64,000 bases of DNA from the NCBI GenBank assembly GCA_043745805.1, contig JAYTSD010000017.1:96001-160000 (forward strand), written 5' to 3'. A program made the position numbers and the translations under genes. Of the stretch, positions 38,185 to 49,009 are shown piece after piece (the first letter of the stretch is position 1; every line of letters begins with the position of its first letter). Below the pieces are notes generated by a model, which was not told the DNA's origin, did no database searches, and worked only from the letters and a program-made list of their open reading frames with translations. The DNA comes from Fibrobacteria bacterium. GTDB lineage: Bacteria; Fibrobacterota; Fibrobacteria; UBA11236.

Positions 38185-39564
38185 TTAAACGTAATGCTTT
38201 AGCGGGGATTTCCCAATCGCAAAAACATTGAATCCTAATTTATGCAGCTTTTGATGATCCAAAATGTTGCGACCATCAAAGATAAAAGCAGGTTTTGCCA
38301 TCGAAGTAAAAATTCGAGCATAATCTACTTCTTTATACAATTTCCATTCGGTCATGATGGCAATGGCATGACAACCTTCGGCGGCTTTATATACATCTTC
38401 TTCGAAAATCACATTATGGGCAATATCTTGTAAATCATGTTTTGCATTGATTAAAGCTTTAGGATCCGTAATCACCACATTGGCACGTTCTTCACAAAGG
38501 CCGCGCGCAATAGCAATTGCAGGGGATTCACGCGTATCGCCAGTATTCGCTTTAAAAGCAAAACCAAACAAGGCAATGCGTTTGCCTGCGACGGTATTAA
38601 ACATGTTACTGAGCATATTCAAAATAAAACGTTTTTGTTGCCAATTATTAATGCGAATGACAGATTCCCAATAATCGGCTACTTCGGAGAGTCCATAACT
38701 TTCGCAAATATATACTAAGTTCAAAATATCTTTTTGAAAACACGATCCCCCAAAACCCACACTGGCTTTGAGAAATTTAGATCCAATACGCGAATCGGTT
38801 CCAATAGCATAAGCCACTTCATCGACATCCGCTTCGGTTTTTTCACAAAGGGCCGACATGGCATTAATGGAAGAAATACGTTGCGCTAAAAAAGCATTGG
38901 CGGCAAGTTTAGAAAGCTCGGCGCTCCAAACATTGCTTTCAATAATATTGGCTTTGGGTACCCAATGGGCATAAATATTCACTACGTCTTCACGCGCTTT
39001 TAAGCCGCCGGCCGTTTCGCGTGAACCAATGAGTACACGATCAGGATTTTCTAAATCCACAACCGCACTGCCTTCTGCTAAAAATTCAGGATTGGAAAGT
39101 ACCTCAAAATGAATGCCCTTTTCATTAGCATTTAAAATTCTTTCCATGGCATCCGCAGTGCGCACTGGCAAGGTGGATTTTTCGACAATGATTTTTGCAC
39201 TATCTGAATTAGCTAAAATTTGACGAGCCGTTTTTTCCCAATATTGTAAATCGGCCGCGCGCCCAGAACCTTGTCCAAAGCTTTTGGTGGGTGTATTTAC
39301 AGAAACAAAAATAATGTCCGCTTCACGAATGCCGGTATCGACATCGGTAGAGAAGAATAAATTTTTACCGCGCGTTTCATTGACTAATTCTTCGAGGCCA
39401 GGTTCATAAATAGGGCAGGGGCCATTATTCCAAGCATCAATGCGATTTTTATTAATGTCTACTACAGTTATTTTATAGGTAGGGCATTTGCGAGCAATCA
39501 TGGTCATCGTAGGGCCGCCGACATAGCCGGCACCAATGCAGAGTATATGTTTTTCAAATTTCAT
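38185..39564 (-). CDS. ugd: UDP-glucose 6-dehydrogenase
   Basis: IGAGYVGG, EKSTLP, NPEFLAEG, GFGGSCFQKD, AFKANTGDTRES, FDGRN. Confidence 0.95.
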   Translation of the reverse strand: MKFEKHILCIGAGYVGGPTMTMIARKCPTYKITVVDINKNRIDAWNNGPCPIYEPGLEELVNETRGKNLFFSTDVDTGIREADIIFVSVNTPTKSFGQGSGRAADLQYWEKTARQILANSDSAKIIVEKSTLPVRTADAMERILNANEKGIHFEVLSNPEFLAEGSAVVDLENPDRVLIGSRETAGGLKAREDVVNIYAHWVPKANIIESNVWSAELSKLAANAFLAQRISSINAMSALCEKTEADVDEVAYAIGTDSRIGSKFLKASVGFGGSCFQKDILNLVYICESYGLSEVADYWESVIRINNWQQKRFILNMLSNMFNTVAGKRIALFGFAFKANTGDTRESPAIAIARGLCEERANVVITDPKALINAKHDLQDIAHNVIFEEDVYKAAEGCHAIAIMTEWKLYKEVDYARIFTSMAKPAFIFDGRNILDHQKLHKLGFNVFAIGKSPLKHYV

Positions 39565-39620
39565 AGTGTCCTAATTTAACAAAAACCGCTATTAAAAAAC
39601 GAGATTTAAAACTGATTATT

Positions 39621-41693
39621 CTATTCAATATTTAGGGCACTATCTTGCATAAGAATTTGTTTCAATTCAACTTCATTAAGAATACGAATACTCAACTTTT
39701 GGGCCTTATCTAATTTACTTCCGGCGGCTTCACCTGCAAGTAAATAGGAGGTTTTTTTGCTGACCGCATCGGTTATTTTACCACCGGCTTTTTCAATTTG
39801 AGCTTTGGCTTCTTCCCGCGACCAAGTCGGTAATGTTCCGGTTATCACAAAAGTTAAACCTTCGAGTACTTGGCTTTCCTGCGTAGAAAGATATTCTGTG
39901 TTTACACCTAATTCGGCAAGTTGCTTAAGTAAGTGTTGATTTTGCATGTCTTTAAAAAAGTTGAGCAAACTTTCGGCCATGCGTCCGCCAATTTCAGAAA
40001 CTGCTTCGAGTTGCTCTTGAGTGGCTTCACTTATGGCTTGCAGGGTTTTGAATTTTTTGGCGAGTAGGGTAGAAGAAGTTTTGCCGATATGCCGTATACC
40101 CAAACCAAAAATTAAGCGTTCCAAACTATTATTTTTACTTTGCGCTAAACTGCTCATCACATTTTGTGCAGACTTTTCAGCCATACGATCAAGGTCGGAT
40201 AAATCCTCTGCTTTAAGTTGATATAAGTCGGCCACATTTTTAATTAAGCCCTTAGCTAATAAAGTATCGACTAGGGCCGGACCAATATTTTCAATATTCA
40301 TCGCACCGCGACTCACAAAATGCAAAATGGCTCTTTGTACTTGTGCAGGACATTGTAAATTTTCACAACGTAAAACCACTTCTTCCGGCACTTTTACCAA
40401 TTCACCTTGACATACGGGGCAATGCGTAGGAAGTGCAATATTTTCAGCATGGGTAGGCCTTTTTTCTATGATCACGGCGGTAATTTTGGGGATTATTTCA
40501 CCACCTTTTTCTACCCAAACATGATCGTGCAATTTAAGACCCAAGCGTTCTATTTCCTCAAAATTATGCAAGGTGGCGCGCTTGACCAAAGTTCCACCCA
40601 ACGATACGGGTTTTAAATTAGCCACTGGGGTAACCGATCCGGTACGCCCCACCTGAAAGGAAACCGATTCCAAAATCGATTCTGCGGCTTCCGCTTTATA
40701 CTTATAGGCAATGACCCATTTGGGACTTTTAGACGTGCGCCCTAATATAATTTGTTGCCCGATGCCATTGACCTTAATTACCGCACCATCGATATTATAC
40801 GGTAAATCGTCACGGATTTTTTGTAAGCTATCGCAAATAGCCATAATGGCTTCCACCGTTTTAGCCTTAGCACGATGGGTATTGACCGGAAATGCTGTTG
40901 CGAGATGCTCCAAGTTTTCCCAATGACTGCCTTGTGTTTCATCATTCAATATGGCATAAGCAAAAAAATCCAACTTCCGTTGAGCCGCCTCAGCCGGATC
41001 TTTAAGCTTTAAACTACCGGAAGCCGTATTGCGAGGGTTTTGCATTTCTTTGCCATAATGCAATTGCGAATACGCATTATAGTGTTCAAAATTTTCTCGC
41101 GTCATATAAATTTCGCCACGTACTTCAAAGCGTTCAGCGGGAAAGCTAGAAGGTAACTTGTGTGGTACTGTAGCAATAGTTTTAATATTTTCTGTGACTT
41201 CATCGCCCATCACCCCATCGCCGCGTGTAACGGCTTGCATTAGTTTGCGGTTTTCGTAGATTAAACTCATGGCTACACCATCAATTTTTAATTCCACCAC
41301 ATATTCCACTTCCGCTTCGGGAATTTTGTCTATCACTTGCCCATGAAAATGGGCGACCTCTTCCATAGAATAAGTGTTTTGAATACTCAGCATAGGATAT
41401 TTATGCGTCACCTTCCGAAAACCATGACTTTTATCATCACCCACTTTTTGCGTTGGAGAGTTAGGATCGAGATAGGCAGGGTATTTTTCTTCTAAAGTGG
41501 TTAACTCTTGCAATTGAAAATCAAAGTCTCCATCGGACATAGGCGAGTGGCCTAAGCGATAATAGGCATGATTGGCTGCGATTAATTGCAGGCGCAATTG
41601 TTGTAAGCGCTCAATCTCTTGGGTTTCGGAAGCAGGTGTTTTATCAGCCCGTTCTGCATTATTTATTGCTTTATCAAATTTTTCGGCATTCAT
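39621..41693 (-). CDS. ligA: NAD-dependent DNA ligase
   Basis: ELKIDG, TRGDG, NPRN, QVGRTG, C4 Zn finger, C-terminal BRCT. Confidence 0.98.
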   Translation of the reverse strand: MNAEKFDKAINNAERADKTPASETQEIERLQQLRLQLIAANHAYYRLGHSPMSDGDFDFQLQELTTLEEKYPAYLDPNSPTQKVGDDKSHGFRKVTHKYPMLSIQNTYSMEEVAHFHGQVIDKIPEAEVEYVVELKIDGVAMSLIYENRKLMQAVTRGDGVMGDEVTENIKTIATVPHKLPSSFPAERFEVRGEIYMTRENFEHYNAYSQLHYGKEMQNPRNTASGSLKLKDPAEAAQRKLDFFAYAILNDETQGSHWENLEHLATAFPVNTHRAKAKTVEAIMAICDSLQKIRDDLPYNIDGAVIKVNGIGQQIILGRTSKSPKWVIAYKYKAEAAESILESVSFQVGRTGSVTPVANLKPVSLGGTLVKRATLHNFEEIERLGLKLHDHVWVEKGGEIIPKITAVIIEKRPTHAENIALPTHCPVCQGELVKVPEEVVLRCENLQCPAQVQRAILHFVSRGAMNIENIGPALVDTLLAKGLIKNVADLYQLKAEDLSDLDRMAEKSAQNVMSSLAQSKNNSLERLIFGLGIRHIGKTSSTLLAKKFKTLQAISEATQEQLEAVSEIGGRMAESLLNFFKDMQNQHLLKQLAELGVNTEYLSTQESQVLEGLTFVITGTLPTWSREEAKAQIEKAGGKITDAVSKKTSYLLAGEAAGSKLDKAQKLSIRILNEVELKQILMQDSALNIE

Positions 41694-41784
41694 TGGTAAT
41701 GCTTCCTCATTTTGTCATTCTTAGTGAGTAAAATATTACTTATTTTTAGGGCTCGATTTTGATTTAAGACAGGGAAAGTTCACT

Positions 41785-42663
41785 ATGACATTGCTTGAAT
41801 TGGTGGGGAATACACCCATGGTAGAATTGGTGCATATCAACCCAAACCCCAAGGTGAAAATTTATGCAAAGTTAGAAGGGCAAAATCCAGGCGGCTCTGT
41901 CAAAGATCGCCCAGCTCGCTCGATGATTTTAAAAGCAGAAGCGCGTGGCGAATTACGCAAGGGCATGAAATTAATTGAACCCACTAGTGGAAATACTGGA
42001 ATCGCTTTAGCTATGATAGCTTCGATGGCGGGTTATGAAATGCATCTGGTAATGCCTGAGAGCGCCACTCCTGAACGCGTACGTACCATGAAGGCTTATG
42101 GAGCTGTTGTGCATTTAACCTCGGCAGAACAGGGCATGGAAGGCACCATTGATTATGCACGTGCCAAGGTAGCCGAAGGCGGCTTTGTAATGCTCGATCA
42201 ATTTTCCAATCCCGATAATCCTGCCTCTCATTATGAAACTACTGGCCCTGAAATTTGGCGCGATACCGAGGGTAAAGTTACGCATTTTGTTTCGAGCATG
42301 GGCACCACAGGAACCATTATGGGTGTGTCGCGATTCTTGAAAGAAAAAAATTCCAAAATTGAAATTGTGGGGGCTCAACCTACCGATGGCTCTTGCATAC
42401 CAGGCATTCGTCGTTGGCCAATAGAATATTTGCCCAAAATTTATGAAGCTTCGCGTGTCGATACCATTATGGATGTGAGCCAAGCCCAAGCTGAAAAAGT
42501 AACCGTGGATTTAAGCCGACGCGAAGGTTTATTTTCCGGTATATCCTCGGGAGGGGCTGTGCATTGTGCTTTAGAGTTAGCCAAAAAATTAGAAGGCGGA
42601 GTGATTGTCGTCATTATTTGCGATCGCGGGGATCGCTATTTATCGAGCGCGGTATTTGCTTAA
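41785..42663 (+). CDS. cysM: Cysteine synthase B
   Basis: NPGGSVKDRPA, EPTSGNTGI, SMGTTGT, IPGIRRWP, CDRGDRYLS. Confidence 0.95.
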   Translation: MTLLELVGNTPMVELVHINPNPKVKIYAKLEGQNPGGSVKDRPARSMILKAEARGELRKGMKLIEPTSGNTGIALAMIASMAGYEMHLVMPESATPERVRTMKAYGAVVHLTSAEQGMEGTIDYARAKVAEGGFVMLDQFSNPDNPASHYETTGPEIWRDTEGKVTHFVSSMGTTGTIMGVSRFLKEKNSKIEIVGAQPTDGSCIPGIRRWPIEYLPKIYEASRVDTIMDVSQAQAEKVTVDLSRREGLFSGISSGGAVHCALELAKKLEGGVIVVIICDRGDRYLSSAVFA

Positions 42664-43482
42664 TGTGCTAAACATCGTGTGAAAAGCTTGGAATTGTTGA
42701 TCAATAACGAGTTTACAAAATTCATATCCATGATTGGCTTCCACTTCATTATAGGTAAAAGGAATTTTTGCTTTCCCTAATTCCATTTTAAGACGTTGAT
42801 GTTGTGCATAAGTAAAATCTTGTTTACCCACACTAAGCACTAAAACTTTTTCCTGTCCTTTAAGTTTTGCTAATAAATTTGCGAAATTATTTTTCTTCCA
42901 ATTTTGTTTTTGTTGGGAGTATAAACCTAAGGCTTGCTTTAACTCCCATTGATCTTTAAAGTCCGTTAAATCAAGAATGCCGGCCATTGAACCTGCCGCA
43001 CCATAAAGATTTAAATGTTTACATAAAAGAGTAAACGCACCGTGGCCTCCCATGCTGAAGCCCGCTATGGCGCGGCCTTGCGGTGTTTTAATGGTTTTAT
43101 ACGCACTATCCACAAAATGCAATAATTCACTCGTGATAAAACTTTCATATTGATTTTTTTTATTAAGGGAACTATTGATATACCATGAATTAAAACCTCC
43201 ATCGGGGGTAACAATTATACAATGATAGGTATTTGCATATTGCTGTAATTGAATCACCCTAGACCATGTGGTAAAATCTCCCGAATAGCCATGCAATAAA
43301 TAAACTACTGGCCAAGTGTTCGCACTATCTTCAGCATTTTTACAAAATGGCAAAGCAATACGCACGGGAATATACTTATGCATACTTTGGCTATAAATCT
43401 CATAATCCACTATATCGGCATAAAGTTTTGGGGATAAGAAAATAGACGAGAGAAAACTCAAAGTGAAAAGCAAAAATTTCAT
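42640..43482 (-). CDS. Exported alpha/beta-hydrolase esterase (CE1-like)
   Basis: YLLHGYS, GFSMGG nucleophile elbow, signal peptide; start set at ATG 43482. Confidence 0.88.
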   Translation of the reverse strand: MKFLLFTLSFLSSIFLSPKLYADIVDYEIYSQSMHKYIPVRIALPFCKNAEDSANTWPVVYLLHGYSGDFTTWSRVIQLQQYANTYHCIIVTPDGGFNSWYINSSLNKKNQYESFITSELLHFVDSAYKTIKTPQGRAIAGFSMGGHGAFTLLCKHLNLYGAAGSMAGILDLTDFKDQWELKQALGLYSQQKQNWKKNNFANLLAKLKGQEKVLVLSVGKQDFTYAQHQRLKMELGKAKIPFTYNEVEANHGYEFCKLVIDQQFQAFHTMFSTLSKYRAR

Positions 43483-43545
43483 GGACAAAAAATATCTTTT
43501 ATCGGCCAAGGCCTCAATGACTCATGACCTAACTATCTTTTAAAG

Positions 43546-43866
43546 ATGCAATGGTTAAATACAATTCCACATTGGATGCGCCATCATCTCGATGATATTG
43601 CCATCGGCTTAACCACTATGATTTTGGTGGTCAGTGGACCTTATATTAATGCGGCGACCAAAGGCTTAACGCGTAAACTGCATTGGCTTTTGCGATATAC
43701 TTTGTTCGTATTGCTTTCCACTTTAGGTTATGGCATACTCATGCATTTTCTCACCATCAATGCGCGGCATACCTTGCTTAATTTATCGGATTGGCAATTT
43801 GTGGGGGCAGTTGTCTTATTACATTTAGTCTTGGCCTGGTTGCTCAAGCGTGACAAAACGATATAA
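43546..43866 (+). CDS. Small membrane protein (DUF3392-like)
   Basis: Three hydrophobic segments; LVVSGPYIN...RYTLFVLL..GYG pattern. Confidence 0.6.
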   Translation: MQWLNTIPHWMRHHLDDIAIGLTTMILVVSGPYINAATKGLTRKLHWLLRYTLFVLLSTLGYGILMHFLTINARHTLLNLSDWQFVGAVVLLHLVLAWLLKRDKTI

Positions 43867-44024
43867 ATTTTGACTTAGTTTTCGGTTTAGGTTTTTTGCT
43901 TTTTCCTCAGCAAATAAAGAAAATATTTCCTTGTTTTTTGTTAAAAAATCTTGATTTCAAATTTTCAATCTTGTAATTTATGCTCAAATTTTTCACCCGG
44001 GTTTAACTTATTTAACCCTGAAAG

Positions 44025-44969
44025 GTGTTTATGATCGATGTGATAGGCTTGTCCAAGCAATATGGCCAAGCATTGGCGGTGGACAATATTTCCTTCCATA
44101 TTAAAAAAGGGGAAGTAGTGGGCTTGCTCGGTCCTAATGGCGCAGGCAAAACTACCACCATGAAAATTTTAACTGGCTTTATTTCGGCAACTTCCGGAAA
44201 AGTGATGGTTAACGGATATGATACCTTTGATGATGGTTTTAAAGTTAAAGGCTACATTGGCTATTTACCCGAAAGTTGTCCGCTTTATCAAGATGTAGAT
44301 GTGAATCATTATTTGGCCTTTGTAGCCGAAGTTCGAGCTATTCCCAAAAGTCAAAGAAAAACTGCGGTTGATAAAGTGATTTCTGATTGTGATTTAGGTA
44401 AAGTTCGGAATAAATTAATCGGGCATTTAAGTAAAGGTTATCGCCAACGTGTAGGGCTTGCGCAAGCGCTTATTCATGATCCGGCCATTTTAATTTTAGA
44501 TGAACCCACTTCGGGTTTAGATCCGAATCAAATTCGGGATATTTTAAAATTAATCAATAATTTAGGAGCGGAAAAAACTGTAATTCATTCCACGCATATT
44601 TTATCCGAAGTGGAAGCAACTAGTGACAGAGTACTTATTATTAATAATGGGCAAATCGTGGCGCAAGGCACACCTAAAGAACTTATGGCACGCTCCGCTG
44701 GACCAACTTTGTTTATTACAGTAAAAGGGGAAAATGTGCAAGCCCAATTGGCAGAGCACTCTGCAGTACAACGATTGGAAAAGCTTGGAGAATTGGAGGA
44801 GGGCTATATGCGTTTTGCTCTCCATGGAAAAGATAGTGCCGATGAAAAAGCCTTAGCTACCAGCCTTTTTAAATTCGCGGTAGAAAAACAATGGATACTT
44901 TCGGAGTTACGTACAGAATCTGCTAAACTCGAAGATGTATTCGCCAAATTAACCCGAGGTCAAGCATGA
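44025..44969 (+). CDS. ABC transporter ATP-binding protein (GldA-like)
   Basis: GPNGAGKTT, LSKGYRQRVGLAQA, LDEPTSGLDP. Confidence 0.92.
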   Translation: MFMIDVIGLSKQYGQALAVDNISFHIKKGEVVGLLGPNGAGKTTTMKILTGFISATSGKVMVNGYDTFDDGFKVKGYIGYLPESCPLYQDVDVNHYLAFVAEVRAIPKSQRKTAVDKVISDCDLGKVRNKLIGHLSKGYRQRVGLAQALIHDPAILILDEPTSGLDPNQIRDILKLINNLGAEKTVIHSTHILSEVEATSDRVLIINNGQIVAQGTPKELMARSAGPTLFITVKGENVQAQLAEHSAVQRLEKLGELEEGYMRFALHGKDSADEKALATSLFKFAVEKQWILSELRTESAKLEDVFAKLTRGQA

Positions 44970-45688
44970 ACAATGTCTGCTCCATATTCAAAAAAGAATT
45001 ACGATCATATTTCTCATCGCCTATTGGCTTTGTTTTCATTATTTTCTTTCTCATTATCTCCAATGCCTTTTTCTTTTTCGTGCAAGATTTTTTCCGTGCG
45101 GGGCAAGTGAGCATGCGCGGTTATTTCATGGCCTTGCCTTGGATATTACTTTTCTTTGTGCCTGCGATAACCATGCGGTTATGGGCCGAAGAAAAAAAAA
45201 TGGGTACTATAGAACTATTATTAACCATGCCATTGCGCGAATCCGAAGTGGTTTTCGGAAAGTTTTTAGCTAGCCTGGCTTTTCTCACCCTTACTTTACT
45301 CTGTTCCATCACTATTCCCATTTCATTGCATTTCTTAGGTCGAGCGGATATGGGCGTGATTGTAGGCTCTTATATTGGCGCATTATTTTTAGGTTCGGCT
45401 TATTTAGCAATTGGATTATATATTAGCTCGATTACTGAAAATCAAGTGGTCGCTTTTATTATATCCCTAACGGTAATTTTTTTATTATTACTGATTGGGA
45501 TAGCACCAAGCTACTTAAACAGCTTAGGTTCACTCGTATCTGTCTGTGAATATTTAAGCCTCCTGAGTCACTTTAATAATATCACACGTGGTGTTATCGA
45601 CACACGGGATGTCATCTATTATTTATCCTTAGTGGTTTTATTTTTAACCCTAAATGTGCAAAACATCGAAGCCAGAAAGTGGAGATAA
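44966..45688 (+). CDS. ABC-2 permease (GldF-like)
   Basis: KELRSYFSSPIG, PAITMRLWAEEKKMGTIELLLT, GVIDTRD. Confidence 0.9.
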   Translation: MNNVCSIFKKELRSYFSSPIGFVFIIFFLIISNAFFFFVQDFFRAGQVSMRGYFMALPWILLFFVPAITMRLWAEEKKMGTIELLLTMPLRESEVVFGKFLASLAFLTLTLLCSITIPISLHFLGRADMGVIVGSYIGALFLGSAYLAIGLYISSITENQVVAFIISLTVIFLLLLIGIAPSYLNSLGSLVSVCEYLSLLSHFNNITRGVIDTRDVIYYLSLVVLFLTLNVQNIEARKWR

Positions 45689-45690
45689 GC

Positions 45691-47310
45691 ATGTTTTCTA
45701 AAAACCAAAATTCCCGAACAAATTCTTATTTAATGATTTTTACTTTAGTGATTATACTCACCATTTTGGGTATTATTAGTGAACAATTTTTTCATAAACG
45801 CTTAGATCTAACTTCCAATAAACAGTTTACTTTAAGCAAAGCCTCGGTAAAAACTTTGGCGGGTTTACCTGATTTAATCACTATTAAAGCCGTAATGTCA
45901 AAAGACTTGCCTACACAATTCGCACAAATCCGTACGAATGTAGTGGATTTATTACATGAATTTGAAGCACAAAGTAATGGTAAGGTAAAATTAGTATTTG
46001 AAGATCCAGGTGAAAGTGAAAGTAAAAAACAAAGCGCCACGGCTTTGGGAATTCAAGAAGTGCAATTACAGGAACAAAGTTCAGAAGGCTTGCAAATTAA
46101 AAAAGGCTTTTTTGGATTAGCCTTACTTTATGGCGATAAAAAAGAAGTGATTCCAGTTCTCCAAAATTTAGAATCTTTTGAATATGATTTAATAGTAAAG
46201 CTTAAAAAATTAACGGGTAGCGTTAAGACCATTGGTATTGTGGAAGGAAGTGAAAAATTTTCCTTTACACTTTCGGGTCCTCAACCCAAAGTTACCACCG
46301 GTTTTGATGAAAATTATCCCACCGTTAAAGAAGAAGCTGGAAAGTTATATAAACTGGAAAAGCTGGATCTGGCTACCAATGAAATAGGGACTAATATTGA
46401 TTTACTTTTAGTTTTTGCTCCCAATCGATTAAGCGAAAAAGAAAAGTTTCGCATCGATCAATTTTTAATGAAAGGGAAATCTATTTTATTCCTTAGCCCA
46501 GGTGTGAATATTAACTTGGCCTCTGGCATTAGCGGCATGGCCAGTAATAATGGTTATGAAGATTTGTTGGCCGAATATGGCCTTGCAGTCAAAAAGAATA
46601 TCATTTTGGAAGATCGTAGTTATGAATTTGTGCGCTTTGGAAATTCTTTTTTTCCTACCCCTTATCCGCATTGGATCCGAACTGGAGCTAAAGGTTTAAA
46701 TTTAGAAAATCCTATTACTTCAAAATTAGGAAGTATTAGTTTGCCTTGGACTTCCGAAGTAGTTATTGATAGTAGTAAAAAAGGGAATGCTAAAATCGAA
46801 ATTCTTGCCTCGTCCACCAAGGGATCATGGGAAGAAGAAAATAGTTTTAATTTGTTACCCCGTGATTTAAAAGAGTATTTGCCCGTCAATCAAAAAGTAC
46901 ATGCCTTAGCCGTTTTAAAATCGGGTTCATTCAATTCCTATTATGCCAAACATCCTATTCCTTTCGATAGCACACATCCCATAGATCCAAATACGGTATT
47001 GAAGTCCACACAGGGCGATGCGCGAGTGCTTGTCATTGGCAATGCTTTGTTTGCCACAGATTTTTATGCAGGCCTCACGCAAGCTGTTGCTAATTTGCAT
47101 TTTATTTTAAATAGTTTTGATCACCTGGCCTTAGATCCTGATTTGATCAGTATTCGCAGCCGCGAATTTAATAATGTGCCTATTTTGGACGAAAAGAAAA
47201 ATTTAAAATTACCGATTCTATTGATTGATTTTTTATTGGCTCCGATAGTATTACTGATTATTGGCGTTACCATAGGTATTCGTCGCAAAAGCAAGGAATC
47301 CTTATCATGA
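45691..47310 (+). CDS. GldG-family ABC auxiliary component
   Basis: RLDLTSNKQFTLS, EYDL, IDQFLMKG, LISIRSR; N- and C-terminal TMs. Confidence 0.88.
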   Translation: MFSKNQNSRTNSYLMIFTLVIILTILGIISEQFFHKRLDLTSNKQFTLSKASVKTLAGLPDLITIKAVMSKDLPTQFAQIRTNVVDLLHEFEAQSNGKVKLVFEDPGESESKKQSATALGIQEVQLQEQSSEGLQIKKGFFGLALLYGDKKEVIPVLQNLESFEYDLIVKLKKLTGSVKTIGIVEGSEKFSFTLSGPQPKVTTGFDENYPTVKEEAGKLYKLEKLDLATNEIGTNIDLLLVFAPNRLSEKEKFRIDQFLMKGKSILFLSPGVNINLASGISGMASNNGYEDLLAEYGLAVKKNIILEDRSYEFVRFGNSFFPTPYPHWIRTGAKGLNLENPITSKLGSISLPWTSEVVIDSSKKGNAKIEILASSTKGSWEEENSFNLLPRDLKEYLPVNQKVHALAVLKSGSFNSYYAKHPIPFDSTHPIDPNTVLKSTQGDARVLVIGNALFATDFYAGLTQAVANLHFILNSFDHLALDPDLISIRSREFNNVPILDEKKNLKLPILLIDFLLAPIVLLIIGVTIGIRRKSKESLS

Positions 47311-48323
47311 AAAAAACTTTAATCGTACTTGCTGCAGCTATTGCTGTTTTAGTTTTAATTCTCTTTAAAAATAAGCATGATGAAAAAACCTCTTCAGCGG
47401 ATGTTTTTGCTTTTGATAGCACGCAAAAAGCTACCGTAAAAAGTTTTAAAGTGTGTAAAAATGCCGATACTTCTGAGTTACAGTTAAAGGATGGAAAATG
47501 GGTGGTGACACCCAATGATTTCCCCGCTGATACAGCGAAAGTAAATAAAGTTTTAAAAGTTTTATTCGCCTTACAGAATAAAGAAATCGTGTCGCAAAAC
47601 CCTGAGAGGCTTAAGGAATATGGCTTGGATGCTTCTGAAGCTAAAAATATTTCTGTGCAATCCGTCGACGGTAAAAAACTTGTGGATGCATGGATAGGAA
47701 AAACCTCGGGAGCGGATTATAATTCCACTTATTGGAAAATGCCTAATCAAAAAGAAGTGTTTCGTACTCCAGGAAATTTCACTTGGGAAATATTGGCCAA
47801 GGCCGACGAATGGAAAGATCGTAAACTATTTTCCGCAACACTGTCTAAAGAAGTGAAATCTTTGGAGGTTACTTGGCGTGATAGTACGGATTCTGTATTT
47901 ACTTATCATGTAGTTAATGAAAATGACAGCAATTGGAAAATGACCGCTCCGGTAGAAACCAAGGTGGTTAAGCAAGCGGTAACCGAATTAATTAATCGCT
48001 TTGCAGAGTTTAGTGTTGATGAATTTATAGCTACCAATGATACAAATTTAAGCAAAGTGGATTTACAAAATCCTCGCATACAAATTCAAGTTGGTTTAAA
48101 AAATGGAAACACTATCGTGCTTAAAGCGGGCAAAACGTTTAATTTTTATACTTATGCCCAACATCCAAGTCGTTCGGATCTAATTAAGTTTTCCAGCTGG
48201 CGTTTTGAAGGTTTTAAAAAGCGTCCTTATGAATTGCAGGTATTGTCGCATGAAGACAGCCTAGCTTTGAAGTTAGATAAGAAATTAATGCCCGTGCCAA
48301 TGCCGAAAGCGATGAAGAGGTAA
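47307..48323 (+). CDS. DUF4340-like periplasmic protein
   Basis: N-terminal anchor, FPAD, EYGLD, WKDRKLF; usual position after a GldG-like gene. Confidence 0.75.
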   Translation: MKKTLIVLAAAIAVLVLILFKNKHDEKTSSADVFAFDSTQKATVKSFKVCKNADTSELQLKDGKWVVTPNDFPADTAKVNKVLKVLFALQNKEIVSQNPERLKEYGLDASEAKNISVQSVDGKKLVDAWIGKTSGADYNSTYWKMPNQKEVFRTPGNFTWEILAKADEWKDRKLFSATLSKEVKSLEVTWRDSTDSVFTYHVVNENDSNWKMTAPVETKVVKQAVTELINRFAEFSVDEFIATNDTNLSKVDLQNPRIQIQVGLKNGNTIVLKAGKTFNFYTYAQHPSRSDLIKFSSWRFEGFKKRPYELQVLSHEDSLALKLDKKLMPVPMPKAMKR

Positions 48324-48339
48324 ATTTTAGGGTTTTGCT

Positions 48340-48990
48340 TTAAAAATCCAAACACTCTTCCTGCAATTTAATCTCCGCTTTGATCCAATCCTCCAAAGCG
48401 GCGGTATCAACCGTTGATCCACTTAACGCGTCCACACAAGTCAAAAACTCCCGATGCCCTCGCTGGCCCCTATATTCGGGCTCTCGTGAAGGATGGCCCA
48501 AATATTTTTCGATTTCCGAAATATTATCCCGCACCAAAACCGAAGCCAAATACAAAGCAAAACCTTTGGGCATATATAGCGAGCAACCTAAAATCTTTTT
48601 TCCACGAAAACTCAGATCCGAAATGCCGGAGGCTTCCGCTTCAATCTTTAAATTTTTCTGCAAGGCCTCGCGAATAATTCCTGAACCCGTTTTAAAATAA
48701 TCGGGAATATGCCAAGCCTTATCTTTTTTAAAACGCAAGGCTACACAAATGCAAGCAGGGGAGAGTAGTACCGCTCCGCCGCCGCCATGTCTTTTATAAA
48801 TCGGAATATTATCGCTTAAACAGGCCTCTACATTAATTTCAGTTTCCGCAACTTGGGAGTTACCTAAGACAATAACTTTTTTTTGAGGAATCCAAATTTT
48901 ATAGGGAAGGTTTTCGTGATTTAATAAAGTTTCGCCAGTAACTTCCAAATCCCCTTGGGCATCGGTATAATGCAAAGGGGAAATAGTCAC
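48340..48990 (-). CDS. Lipoate-protein ligase family protein
   Basis: KRHGGGGAV, SDL..GKKILG, PSREPEYR..R.H; downstream of the pdh operon. Confidence 0.85.
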   Translation of the reverse strand: MTISPLHYTDAQGDLEVTGETLLNHENLPYKIWIPQKKVIVLGNSQVAETEINVEACLSDNIPIYKRHGGGGAVLLSPACICVALRFKKDKAWHIPDYFKTGSGIIREALQKNLKIEAEASGISDLSFRGKKILGCSLYMPKGFALYLASVLVRDNISEIEKYLGHPSREPEYRGQRGHREFLTCVDALSGSTVDTAALEDWIKAEIKLQEECLDF

Positions 48991-49009
48991 AGAATTAGAA
49001 ATTCGAAAA

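Noticed and set aside
44025-48323. GldA/F/G-like cluster as evidence of gliding motility
   Set aside because: This ABC-GldG-DUF4340 set is widespread in non-gliding bacteria; no gldJ/K/L/M/N in the window
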